Origin: Nitrospirae bacterium GWC2_56_14
GTDB taxonomy: Bacteria; Nitrospirota; UBA9217
Direction of reading: 5' to 3'
Assembly: GCA_001803705.1 (NCBI GenBank)
Contig: MHDY01000253.1
Coordinates: 1 to 38,365, forward strand
Length of the DNA: 38,365 nucleotides
Part shown: positions 29,265 to 38,160 of the stretch, one piece after another
How positions within the stretch are numbered: position 1 is the first letter of the stretch
Layout of the letters: the number at the start of each line of letters is the position of its first letter
Made by a program: the position numbers and the translations under genes
Notes under the pieces: generated by a model
Seen by the model: the letters and a program-made list of their open reading frames with translations, nothing else
What the model was told of the DNA's origin: nothing
The model's database searches: none

Positions 29265-29711
29265 TTATGCTGCTTTTTTCTCCTTGCCGGCGTCGCCCAG
29301 GAGGCGGGTCTCCCCGCCGACCCTTGCATTGCCGAGCAGCCGGGCCCTCCCGCCAACCTCGGCCCGATCGAACACTTCAGCCATTCCGCTCACGACCGCA
29401 TCTCCATATACACTGGCAAAGCCATAGACCTTTGTATCACCGAGAACCTTAGCATTCCCGAAGACCCTGGCGTTCCCGAAGATCTCCGCCCGACCCGCGA
29501 CCTCCGCCCGGTCAAAGATCCAGGCGTTTCCAAAAACAAAGGCTTCTCCGCTGATCTTGCAATGCCCGCAGATCTTGGCAAAGGGCCCGATGTAGGCTGT
29601 GTCGGCGACCTGCGCATGTTCGGCCACCATACCGCCTCCATTGGGGTGGTGATGATACTTTACACCGTCGATCTCTACTACGGGCTCCGTTGAAAGCACT
29701 TTGATCTCCAT
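29265..29711 (-). CDS. hexapeptide-repeat (left-handed beta-helix) protein, no other recognisable domain
   Basis: ORF 29265..29792, with the start set at ATG 29709-29711, which has GGAGG 7 nt upstream. There are 17 uninterrupted hexads: GPFAKI CGHCKI SGEAFV FGNAWI FDRAEV AGRAEI FGNARV FGNAKV LGDTKV YGFASV YGDAVV SGMAEV FDRAEV GGRARL LGNARV GGETRL LGDAGK. Confidence 0.65.
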   Translation of the reverse strand: MEIKVLSTEPVVEIDGVKYHHHPNGGGMVAEHAQVADTAYIGPFAKICGHCKISGEAFVFGNAWIFDRAEVAGRAEIFGNARVFGNAKVLGDTKVYGFASVYGDAVVSGMAEVFDRAEVGGRARLLGNARVGGETRLLGDAGKEKKAA

Positions 29712-30046
29712 GTGAACACCTCCGTAAAAGTTGATCAGTGAGTTTTTCACCACGGTGCATATATTTCCGCACGATAAGCGCTTATCATACAATCATAACT
29801 ATAAGCGTGTCTCAATTTTCAGATTTAGCATGGTTCAAGCATAGCGAAGTCGTGCAGTTTTGTCAAACCAGGAGAGAGAAGCATCGATAAGCCGGGCAAG
29901 ACGTCTACCGGCGTATGCCCAGCAAACAAGACCTTTTTCCAGCAGACGAAAGCTTCTGTTAACAAGAGCTTAGGATGAGGACCTGCCCGGCACGTTCCTG
30001 CTCCCGGACAAGAGAGATGAATTTGCTTTTGCTGCCACCGGGAATT

Positions 30047-30055
30047 TGCTATAAT
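30047..30055 (+). promoter_or_regulatory. extended -10 promoter candidate for gltX
   Basis: TGcTATAAT at 30047-30055, about 50 nt upstream of the gltX ATG. The -35 (TTTGCT) is weak. Confidence 0.45.
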
Positions 30056-30107
30056 GCGCATCTGTTGCACATTCGTTATCTGCCATGCATAAGGAGCTTG
30101 AATAATC

Positions 30108-31520
30108 ATGAGCGCAACGAGCAATGTCCGTGTCAGATTCGCCCCCAGTCCGACCGGTGCCCTGCACATCGGCGGCGTACGGACCGCCCTTTTCAACTGG
30201 TTGTTCGCCCGCCATCATGGAGGGACCTTCATCCTCCGCATCGAGGATACGGACCAGACCCGATCCACCGACGAATCCATCAGGATCATCCTGGACGGCA
30301 TGAAATGGATCGGCCTTGACTGGGACGAGGGCCCCTTTCGCCAGACCGAACGCATGCAGATCTACCGCGAGCATGTCGATCAGCTGCTCAAAGCCGGCAA
30401 GGCCTACCGGTGCTACTGCACGCCTGAAGAGCTTGACGCGAGAAGAAAAGAAGCTATGGCGGCGGGCAAGCCGCCGAAGTACGACCGGAAGTGCCGATCG
30501 CTCACCGCTCCCGTTCCGGGAAGGACCGCGGCAGTGCGGTTCCTGTCTTCCGATGAGGGCCAGACGATCGTGCGGGACATTATCCGCGGCGCCGTGACCT
30601 TCGAGAACCAGCAGCTCGACGACCTCATCATCCAGCGCTCCGACGGCCTGCCGACCTATAACTTCGCGGTCGTGGTCGACGATGTCACCATGAAGATCAG
30701 CCACGTCATCCGCGGCGACGACCATTTGAACAATACGCCGCGCCAGATCCAGCTCTACCAGGCCTTCGGGTACGAGCCGCCGCAATTCGCCCATCTGCCC
30801 ATGATCCTCGGTTCCGACAAGACCAAACTTTCGAAGCGGCACGGCGCAACCGCCGTGACCGAATACATCGACCTGGGCTACCTGCCCGAAGCGCTCGTCA
30901 ACTATCTTTCGCGCCTCGGCTGGTCCTCGGGCGACCAGGAGATCTTTTCGCCGCAGGAGCTGATCGAGAAGTTCTCTCTCGAGAATGTGGGTAAGGCGCC
31001 ATCGGTCTTTAATCCGGAAAAACTGATCTGGCTGAACCATCACTATATCCAGCAGGCCGACCCGGCACGGCTGGCCACGCTCGTCTTGGACCTTTTGAGG
31101 AAAGACGGTCTTGTGAAATCGGAGCCGGACACGGAGTGGTTCAAAAAGCTCGTAACAATACTGACGGAGCGCAGCCATACGCTGGTGGAAATGAAGACCG
31201 GCGCCATTCCTTTTCTCGCGGATGATATCGCCATGGACGAGAAAGCACGAACCAAACACCTGACGCCGGACGTGGCCCCGCTGCTCTCCGAACTTGCAGA
31301 CCGTCTCAAGGCTGCAGACCCCTTTACGCACGATGAGATAGAGAAGGTCTTTACTGCCCTCGTCACCGAGAAAGCCATAAAGCTCGGAAAGCTCGCCCAG
31401 CCGGTGCGCGTGGCCCTGACCGGCGGCACGGTCAGCCCCGGCATCTACGACGTGATCGAAGTCATGGGAAAAGACAAGACCATCAAGCGGATAGAAGCAG
31501 CGATCGGCATGGCAAAGTAA
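30108..31520 (+). CDS. gltX: glutamate--tRNA ligase
   Basis: 470 aa with the class I signatures PTGALHIGG (HIGH) and KLSKR (KMSKS). Confidence 0.95.
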   Translation: MSATSNVRVRFAPSPTGALHIGGVRTALFNWLFARHHGGTFILRIEDTDQTRSTDESIRIILDGMKWIGLDWDEGPFRQTERMQIYREHVDQLLKAGKAYRCYCTPEELDARRKEAMAAGKPPKYDRKCRSLTAPVPGRTAAVRFLSSDEGQTIVRDIIRGAVTFENQQLDDLIIQRSDGLPTYNFAVVVDDVTMKISHVIRGDDHLNNTPRQIQLYQAFGYEPPQFAHLPMILGSDKTKLSKRHGATAVTEYIDLGYLPEALVNYLSRLGWSSGDQEIFSPQELIEKFSLENVGKAPSVFNPEKLIWLNHHYIQQADPARLATLVLDLLRKDGLVKSEPDTEWFKKLVTILTERSHTLVEMKTGAIPFLADDIAMDEKARTKHLTPDVAPLLSELADRLKAADPFTHDEIEKVFTALVTEKAIKLGKLAQPVRVALTGGTVSPGIYDVIEVMGKDKTIKRIEAAIGMAK

Positions 31521-31565
31521 CAGAAAAAGCCCTGCCGAATCATTCCTGCGAAGCAAAAAGGACCA

Positions 31566-32585
31566 ATGGAGCGAAAACCTTTCATAGCTATTACCATGGG
31601 CGATCCCGCCGGCGTCGGTCCCGAGATCATCGCCAAGGTGATCGACAGCAATGAGCTGCTCCCGCTCTGCAGGCCCCTCGTGATTGGTGACGCCGGGGTG
31701 ATGAAAAAGCTCGTCGAAGAGCAGCGGCTCTCGATCTCGGTCCGCAGCATCTCATCCATCGCGGATGCCGACCCTGCTCCAGGCAAGCTCGATGTGCTGG
31801 ACCTGCGGAATGTGAACCTTGCGACCCATGCCTGGGGAAAGCCGGGCGCTTCTTCCGGCACAGCGGTGGTCGAGTATATCAGAAGAGCGGTCGACCTGGC
31901 CCTGAAGAACGATGTTGATGCCGTCGTGACCGCGCCGATCAGCAAGGAAATGATGAATGCCGCCGGGCATCATTATGCAGGACATACCGAACTGCTGGCC
32001 GAGCTCACGAACACCAGGGACTACGGCATGTTCTTCGTAGGCGGCGGGCTGCGGGTGATCCTGACGACCATCCACGTGGCGCTCAAGGACGTTCCTTGCC
32101 GCATCACGCAGGCCGCGGTTTTAAAGACGCTGCGCCTGGCGCACCAGGCCATGCGGTCCTTCGGCATGGATCACCCCCGTATCGGAGTGGCAGCGCTGAA
32201 CCCTCACGCAGGTGAGGGGCGGCTCTTTGGCTCCGAGGAATGGGACGAGATCCTGCCGGCCGTGGTCAAGGCGCGGGGAGAGGGCATCGACGCAAGCGAC
32301 CCCATCCCGGCCGACACCTTGTTCTACAAGGCGCGCAACAATTACTATGACATCGTCGTTGCCATGTACCATGACCAGGGGCTTGCCCCGCTCAAGATGC
32401 TCGCCTTTGGTAATGCCGTCAATGTCACCGTAGGCCTCCCGATCATCCGCACCTCCGTGGACCATGGGACCGCCTACGATATCGCCGGCAAAGGCTGCGC
32501 CGACCCGACAAGCCTGCTTGAGGCCGTCAAGCTTGCGGTCATCATGTGCGCTCACCGGAAGCGCATTCACAAGGAGGCATTGTGA
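31566..32585 (+). CDS. pdxA: 4-hydroxythreonine-4-phosphate dehydrogenase
   Basis: 339 aa. ITMGDPAGVGPEI, the His-rich metal site (GHTE, NPHAGE) and MYHDQGL are typical of PdxA. Confidence 0.92.
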   Translation: MERKPFIAITMGDPAGVGPEIIAKVIDSNELLPLCRPLVIGDAGVMKKLVEEQRLSISVRSISSIADADPAPGKLDVLDLRNVNLATHAWGKPGASSGTAVVEYIRRAVDLALKNDVDAVVTAPISKEMMNAAGHHYAGHTELLAELTNTRDYGMFFVGGGLRVILTTIHVALKDVPCRITQAAVLKTLRLAHQAMRSFGMDHPRIGVAALNPHAGEGRLFGSEEWDEILPAVVKARGEGIDASDPIPADTLFYKARNNYYDIVVAMYHDQGLAPLKMLAFGNAVNVTVGLPIIRTSVDHGTAYDIAGKGCADPTSLLEAVKLAVIMCAHRKRIHKEAL

Positions 32586-33661
32586 GCTCTCATGTCCGTC
32601 CGCTCCTGACACGATCGTTCCTCTTCGCCGTGGTGTTCTTCGGACTCTTTCTGTTTTTCGTCTACCAGATGGGCCGCATGCTCATGGTGTTCCTTTCCCC
32701 GCTGCTCTGGGCCGCCATCCTGACCCTGGTGCTTTCTCCGCTGCAGGAAAGGATCGCCGCCCGGCTCAAGCACCGGAGAGGACTGGCTGCCGCGATCATG
32801 ACCCTCATAACGCTGCTGCTGGTCATTGGGCCTGCCGTGTCGCTGCTGTTCGTCCTTGTTACCCAGGCAGGCGACCTGTACAGCGCCATATCGGCCCTTG
32901 TTCAGTCGGGCAAGCTCTCCGAGGCCTGGGAGAAGATAAACGGTTCGCTCCTCGACAAGATCCTGCTGCCGCCGTTTTTGCCTGACATCGATATAAAAGG
33001 CATGGTGGCAAAGGGGATCGGCGATCTTTCGTCAGGCCTGGCCGCACAGCTCGGCGGCGTGCTCAAAAATTTCGTGATCTTCGTCATCGACGTCGTCATC
33101 ATGCTGATAGCCCTCTTCTTTTTTCTTCGGGACGGAAAGAGCTATTTTCATGCTTTCGTCGACCTGCTGCCCTTCACGAAACCGCAGAAGGAAGAGATCA
33201 CCAGAAAATTCATCGACACCTTCGGAGCCGTGATCAACGGTGTTTTTCTCGTCGCCCTGCTCCAGGGAGCCATGACCGGCATCGGCTTCGCGCTGTTCGG
33301 CCTCCCCCTTGCCGTCTTCTGGGGGTTCCTGGCAGCCCTCCTGGCGCTGGTCCCCGTCGGCGGCGCGGCGCTCATCTGGCTTCCCGGCGCAGCCTACCTG
33401 TACTTTTCGGGGTCGGTGCTTTCTGGGATCCTGCTGGGAGTGTGGGGCTTGGTGCTGGTCAGTTTGTCGGATAATATTCTGAGACCGCTCTTGATCGGCA
33501 GAAAAGCCGACATCCCGACCTTTATCCTGTTCATCGCCCTGCTGGGCGGTCTGCAGGTCTATGGGTTCCTGGGCCTGCTTTTGGGTCCGCTGGTCGTCAC
33601 CCTGCTGACCGCCCTGGTACAGATCTACCGTGAGGAATATGCGGGAAAAGCAACAGAGTGA
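32582..33661 (+). CDS. AI-2E family (UPF0118/PerM-like) transporter
   Basis: ORF 32546..33661. I prefer the GTG at 32582, which has AAGGAGG 5 nt upstream and overlaps the pdxA stop (GTGA). It is polytopic, with the typical LIPxxG-like segment (LVPVGGAALIWLPGA). Confidence 0.85.
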   Translation: MSSHVRPLLTRSFLFAVVFFGLFLFFVYQMGRMLMVFLSPLLWAAILTLVLSPLQERIAARLKHRRGLAAAIMTLITLLLVIGPAVSLLFVLVTQAGDLYSAISALVQSGKLSEAWEKINGSLLDKILLPPFLPDIDIKGMVAKGIGDLSSGLAAQLGGVLKNFVIFVIDVVIMLIALFFFLRDGKSYFHAFVDLLPFTKPQKEEITRKFIDTFGAVINGVFLVALLQGAMTGIGFALFGLPLAVFWGFLAALLALVPVGGAALIWLPGAAYLYFSGSVLSGILLGVWGLVLVSLSDNILRPLLIGRKADIPTFILFIALLGGLQVYGFLGLLLGPLVVTLLTALVQIYREEYAGKATE

Positions 33662-33785
33662 CAAGCAGTTTTTTTCTGTATTGCCCTTCGTGGCCGCTGC
33701 TGCAGAACAAGGGGAATCCGGCGCCATCATCGCATGATCACGATGTTAAAATACCGAACGTGCTTTACACAGGGGGAAAGAGTTA

Positions 33786-34469
33786 ATGGAAGATCTGGCA
33801 AAATCTGATACCTGGCGTGTGTTCCGCATCATGGCAGAGCTCGTGGAAGGGTTTGAAGCGCTGAGCAATATCGGCCCTGCCGTGACCATCTTCGGAAGCG
33901 CCCGTCTCCAGCCGGGTTCGCCCTACTACAACAAGTGCCTGAAGGTTGCCGAGAACCTGGCAAAGGACGGTTTTGCCGTGATCTCGGGCGGAGGTCCGGG
34001 CATCATGGAAGCCGCCAACAAAGGAGCTCAGAACGCGAACGGCACTTCGGTGGGACTGAACATCGAACTCCCCATGGAACAGTCGCCCAATAGTTTTCAG
34101 GACATCAGGGTCGAGTTCCGTTACTTCTTCGTGCGCAAGCTCATGTTCGTGAAGTACGCCGTCGGCTACGTCATTTTTCCGGGCGGCTTCGGCACCATGG
34201 ATGAGCTGTTCGAAGCGCTTACGCTGATCCAGACGAAAAAGATACGGGGCTTCCCCGTGGTGCTCGTGGGCAAGGAGTACTGGCAGGGCATGGTCGATTG
34301 GCTCAAGACATCGGTGCTCGCCGAGGGCACCATCAGCTCCGAGGACATCGACCTGCTGCATATTGTGGACGAACCCGAAGAAGTGTGCGCCATCATCAAC
34401 AAGCGGTACAAGGACCGCATCTCCGGCGGTCATATGGACCGCAGGAATAAGGGGAAACGGGGCGTCTAG
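33786..34469 (+). CDS. LOG-family (TIGR00730) nucleotide phosphoribohydrolase / lysine-decarboxylase-like protein
   Basis: 227 aa with the motifs GGGPGIMEAANKGA and PGGFGTMDELFE. Confidence 0.88.
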   Translation: MEDLAKSDTWRVFRIMAELVEGFEALSNIGPAVTIFGSARLQPGSPYYNKCLKVAENLAKDGFAVISGGGPGIMEAANKGAQNANGTSVGLNIELPMEQSPNSFQDIRVEFRYFFVRKLMFVKYAVGYVIFPGGFGTMDELFEALTLIQTKKIRGFPVVLVGKEYWQGMVDWLKTSVLAEGTISSEDIDLLHIVDEPEEVCAIINKRYKDRISGGHMDRRNKGKRGV

Positions 34470-35203
34470 CGGGGCGTGCGCTTTTTTCGCTGTGTACGTT
34501 CCGACCGGGCTTTCAAATGCTGGGTGAGCCGCATGCCCCGGAACCAGCGTTCGATGTTCTCCCGGTAGATCATGGTGAACAGGATCAGCGCGATGCTGAT
34601 GCCGGCAAGGGAAAAGAATGCCACATAACGCTGGTCCCGGAATAAGGTGCCGCCCATGGTAAGCAGCAGGGTGCCGAGCAGGCGTCCGATGGTCGAGACG
34701 ATCAGAAAATCACGCTGCCGCATATGCCCGAGGCCCAGGAGATAGCAGAGCAGGTCCTTGGGAAACCCGGGGATCAGGAACATCAGGAAGGCAAGGAACA
34801 TGCCTTTGTGCTTCATGACGTAATCGTAACGCTTGATCGTTTCAGGATTGACGAGCGTCTCTACCAGGGGGCGTCCCGCGAACCGCGCAAGAACGAAGGC
34901 AAGCCACGACCCGAGCGTAAGACCGATGGTGGATAACAGCACGCCCCAGAACGGCCCGAAGAACAAACCTCCCACAAACCCCGTTACCTCGCCCGGCACG
35001 GGCGCCGCAACCACCTGCAGCACCTGAAGCCCGATAAAGATGAAAGCCGCGTTGGCCCGGTGTTCTTTGATCACCGCCAGAAGGCGCTGCTTGTCCGTAA
35101 GATACTGCACCATCCCGAGCGGGAACAACAAGTACAGAATGACGGCGATGACCACGCCAAGGACAGCAAGCCCGGCGATCGTTCTTTTATTGAGGTTCAT
35201 CAT
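34466..35203 (-). CDS. TVP38/TMEM64 (DedA-related) membrane protein
   Basis: 245 aa and polytopic. The segment VAAPVPGEVTGFVGGLFFGPFWG...FLIPGFPKDLLCYLLG is typical of the family. Confidence 0.85.
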   Translation of the reverse strand: MMNLNKRTIAGLAVLGVVIAVILYLLFPLGMVQYLTDKQRLLAVIKEHRANAAFIFIGLQVLQVVAAPVPGEVTGFVGGLFFGPFWGVLLSTIGLTLGSWLAFVLARFAGRPLVETLVNPETIKRYDYVMKHKGMFLAFLMFLIPGFPKDLLCYLLGLGHMRQRDFLIVSTIGRLLGTLLLTMGGTLFRDQRYVAFFSLAGISIALILFTMIYRENIERWFRGMRLTQHLKARSERTQRKKRTPR

Positions 35204-35223
35204 GCAGGTAGGATTCCTATCGT

Positions 35224-35511
35224 CTATTTCCTGAAGAGCTCGTCCAGCGCCTTTCGAGCCCCATCCGCATCGACCGCTGCCCCTGCTGCTCCGCGTATTT
35301 CTGCGAACACGAAATAATCGCAGAAGTTGGACCGGGCCTTGTCCTTCACCAGCCCGGCCATGGGTTCACGGCATTGTTTTGACGCTGCCCGGTCGTAGAA
35401 GGAGCAGTTCAGGCAGCAGGTGAGGTCCGCGCGGCAATGCGGACAGACATCGCGCCGGCCGATGGTCCGGCCCTGTACCAGTTCTTTTTTGCAGGCTTGG
35501 CAGATTTTCAT
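35224..35511 (-). CDS. small Cys-rich (zinc-ribbon-like) protein of unknown function
   Basis: 95 aa. It has CQAC...CPHC, then CCLNC...C...C. I recognise no family, and no convincing SD is seen. Confidence 0.55.
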   Translation of the reverse strand: MKICQACKKELVQGRTIGRRDVCPHCRADLTCCLNCSFYDRAASKQCREPMAGLVKDKARSNFCDYFVFAEIRGAAGAAVDADGARKALDELFRK

Positions 35512-35606
35512 AGCCCCGCACTATAGCGCATCGGCGTTCGTTAGACAAGATGAAAGCCGGGCAGCGACCGTGATCCTGTCGGATCGCCGTTCGTGCTGCC
35601 CGCGCG

Positions 35607-36542
35607 TTACGGCCACCAGATATACATGAACTGCACTCCGGGGTCCATCATTCTTCCCAGGTCGAGCGAGAACCGTGAATAGATATTGTCCTTGTATTCG
35701 CCGGGGCGGGAATAGGTGACCACTTGGGCCTGCGCAAGATGCGCCTGCTTTTTTGCCGCTTCGATCGCATCTTCAAGATATCCTACCTCGTCGATGAGGC
35801 CTTCTTTTTTTGCGTTTGCGCTTGTGAAGATCCGGCCGTCGGCAAGCTGCAGCACCTGTTCACGCGGCAGCTTCCGCTCCTTAATGATCAAAGCGACGAA
35901 TCGTTCATAGATGGAGTCCACCACATTTTTAAAGATCGCCCTTTCCTCGGGAGTTACGGTGCGGAAGGGCGAGCCCATGCCCTTGCGCTCCCCTGATACG
36001 ATCTCCACTGCCTGGATGCCGACCTTCTGCATGAGCCCCGTTGCATCGATGCGCCACATGATGACCCCGATGCTGCCCGTCACGCTGGTGGGCTGTGCCG
36101 ATATCCAATCCGCTGCCAGCGCCGCATAATAGGCCCCTGATGCGCCTGCATCCATGAAGTGGGCGATCACCGGGATACCCGTTTCCTGCCGGAACTTCTT
36201 TATTTCATGGTAAAGCACGTCAGAGGCGGTAACGCCTCCCCCGGGGCTGTTGATCCTGAGCACCGCCGCCTTGACAGACCTGTCGCGCCGCGCCCTGTCC
36301 AGTTCCTCCCGGAGACGCGGGACCATGCCGATCTCCGATGCTCCCGAAAGGCTTGACGAGCTCCGCTCGCTGGTGATCATGCCGGACAGGTCGAGCACCA
36401 GCACCTTGTCCCTGCCGGCGCCGGAAAGGACCTGTTCCTCGAGCGGCTGCATCTCCGGTGTAAGGCTTACCTTAAGGAACGTACACCCTGACAGTACGCC
36501 GGCCACTCCCAGCGCTGCCAACAGCATCATTATTCTTTTCAT
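35607..36542 (-). CDS. sppA: signal peptide peptidase SppA, 36K type (peptidase S49), lipoprotein signal
   Basis: 311 aa with SD GGGAGG. The lipobox is VLSGC. S49 motifs are present (RINSPGGG, AGASGAYYAA). Confidence 0.9.
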   Translation of the reverse strand: MKRIMMLLAALGVAGVLSGCTFLKVSLTPEMQPLEEQVLSGAGRDKVLVLDLSGMITSERSSSSLSGASEIGMVPRLREELDRARRDRSVKAAVLRINSPGGGVTASDVLYHEIKKFRQETGIPVIAHFMDAGASGAYYAALAADWISAQPTSVTGSIGVIMWRIDATGLMQKVGIQAVEIVSGERKGMGSPFRTVTPEERAIFKNVVDSIYERFVALIIKERKLPREQVLQLADGRIFTSANAKKEGLIDEVGYLEDAIEAAKKQAHLAQAQVVTYSRPGEYKDNIYSRFSLDLGRMMDPGVQFMYIWWP

Positions 36543-36605
36543 CGTTTCCTCCCTGGCTGCCGCGCGAGATAGCCGTTGTTCGAGGCACTGCTCGCACTTT
36601 ATGCA

Positions 36606-36633
36606 TTATTACCGAATACGCCAAAGCTGTCAA
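36606..36633 (-). promoter_or_regulatory. sigma70-like promoter candidate for sppA
   Basis: On the minus strand: TTGACA (36633-28), 16-nt spacer, TAATAA (36611-06). It lies about 60 nt upstream of the sppA ATG. Confidence 0.5.
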
Positions 36634-36889
36634 TCATTGGCTTGCGAAGCCCATTTTGCGAAGCTATGAACATACGCGTTGATCACATGGTTTATCTTCC
36701 CAGGGACCGCTTCTTTGTTTTCTATAATTAAGTCCTGAGCTGAAAACTGCAATTTACTGTATCTTGACCAGGCACATATAGTACCCCAGAGCGTTCTGGC
36801 TTTTTTTCCATGACGGCTGAGGGTATCCGTAGACGGTAACGGGGTTTTTTACACTTTTTCGGCACCCCTAGATTCTTCGAAAACACTTC

Positions 36890-36918
36890 TTGACTCTCCC
36901 GTGCCTTTCAGATAATAT
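36890..36918 (+). promoter_or_regulatory. sigma70-like promoter candidate for the 37068 gene
   Basis: TTGACT (36890-95), 17-nt spacer, TAATAT (36913-18). This implies a 5' UTR of about 143 nt. A second candidate is TTGACA (36937-42), 16-nt spacer, TACAAA. Confidence 0.45.
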
Positions 36919-37067
36919 TTAAGCCTGGCTAAAAATTTGACACATGATATCAGCATGTTACAAAATCCGCAGCAAGGGGATGGGCTGAGCGGTCACTGTT
37001 GCACGGGTTCTTCCTAGTAAGAGGCCTGCGCAAAAAGCATTCAAGAAGCATTTTTAAGGAGAAAGAC

Positions 37068-38081
37068 ATGTTAGATGGTATTCGCACCAGGTTTTTTTTC
37101 GCAATCCTGATTCTTGCGTGCATCCTTCCGGGTGCGGCATGGGCAGCACCGAAAAAAGCATCCGGCGCATCTGCAGAAACTTTTGAGCAGTATGTTGCAG
37201 ATCTTCAAAAGAATCCGGCCGACAAAGCCCTGCGCGAAAAGATCATAAAAACCGCACAGACCATGAAGCCAGCGCCTGCAGTTCCCGAGGAGGCCGAGCG
37301 CAACATGGCCCGCGGCGTGGTTTTCTTCACCAAAGCAACGGACAACGCCGGCTATCAGAAAGCAATCGTCGAATTCGAGGCTGCAGCCAACGCCGCGCCC
37401 TGGCTCGACAAGGCATACTATAATCTCGGCGTGGCGCAGGAAAAAGCAGGGTTGTTCAAAGAGGCGATCAGGAGCCTCAAGCTCTATCTGCTGGCAACCC
37501 CCAACGCAAAGAACGCCCGTGAAGTAAGAAACCAGATCTATATGCTTGAAGCGACTGTTGAGGAGGCGCAGGCAACGCCAGGCCCTGCGGTTCCGGCTGC
37601 CCCTGCTGCAGGCGCTGCTGCTGCGGCTCCAGGCATGACGGTTGCCAAACCAGCGCCGCTCATGAGCACCAATGCGAATCTTGACATCGAGAAGGATGTG
37701 CCGCTGAAGGTGGTCAAGCTGCCTCAGGACAAGAAGTCCAGGATACCGAGCTTTGTCGGCAGCTGGTCTTTTAAAGAACTCCGGGGCACGGAAGAAACGG
37801 TCGTTCAGGGTTTCGAGATCGTGAACACGAACGGCGTGCTCAGCGTTCTTCCCCCGAACCGGGGTGAGAACAACGTCGGTTCGGTCCGGGAATTTGAAAT
37901 CACCGAAAAAACGGTCAAAGTGCAGATCAAATGGAAGATGAAGAACGTGCCGGCCTACTGGAAGACCGAGACCTACGATCTGACCATGTCGGATGATGGA
38001 AAAACGCTGAGCGGCTCTTATAACCAATCGAGCGTCGGCGGAAGGAACAAGTACCTGGATAAGAACTTGTTCCGCCAGTAA
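37068..38081 (+). CDS. secreted hypothetical protein (signal peptide, TPR-like segment, Ala/Pro linker, C-terminal beta-rich domain)
   Basis: ORF 36999..38081, with the start set at ATG 37068 after AAGGAG. The signal peptide is FFFAILILACILPGAAWA-AP. The TPR-like helices are AYYNLGVAQEKAGLFKEAIRSLKLYL. The low-complexity linker is PGPAVPAAPAAGAAAAAPG. Confidence 0.62.
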   Translation: MLDGIRTRFFFAILILACILPGAAWAAPKKASGASAETFEQYVADLQKNPADKALREKIIKTAQTMKPAPAVPEEAERNMARGVVFFTKATDNAGYQKAIVEFEAAANAAPWLDKAYYNLGVAQEKAGLFKEAIRSLKLYLLATPNAKNAREVRNQIYMLEATVEEAQATPGPAVPAAPAAGAAAAAPGMTVAKPAPLMSTNANLDIEKDVPLKVVKLPQDKKSRIPSFVGSWSFKELRGTEETVVQGFEIVNTNGVLSVLPPNRGENNVGSVREFEITEKTVKVQIKWKMKNVPAYWKTETYDLTMSDDGKTLSGSYNQSSVGGRNKYLDKNLFRQ

Positions 38082-38122
38082 GAGAAGCACCCCTTTTCCG
38101 CCGCATTACACCTTGCCTCGTA

Positions 38123-38160
38123 AACGGGACGTACGCCTAAAAGCGACGTCCCGTTTTTTA
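38123..38160 (+). terminator. intrinsic terminator after the 37068..38081 gene
   Basis: 10-bp stem aacgggacgt (38123-32) / acgtcccgtt (38146-55), followed by a T run. Confidence 0.75.

Noticed and set aside
34466-34469. A 4-nt overlap of the convergent LOG-family and TVP38 stop codons (CTAG).
   Set aside because: This is a trivial consequence of the palindromic TAG/CTA in a compact genome. There is no regulatory implication that I can support.
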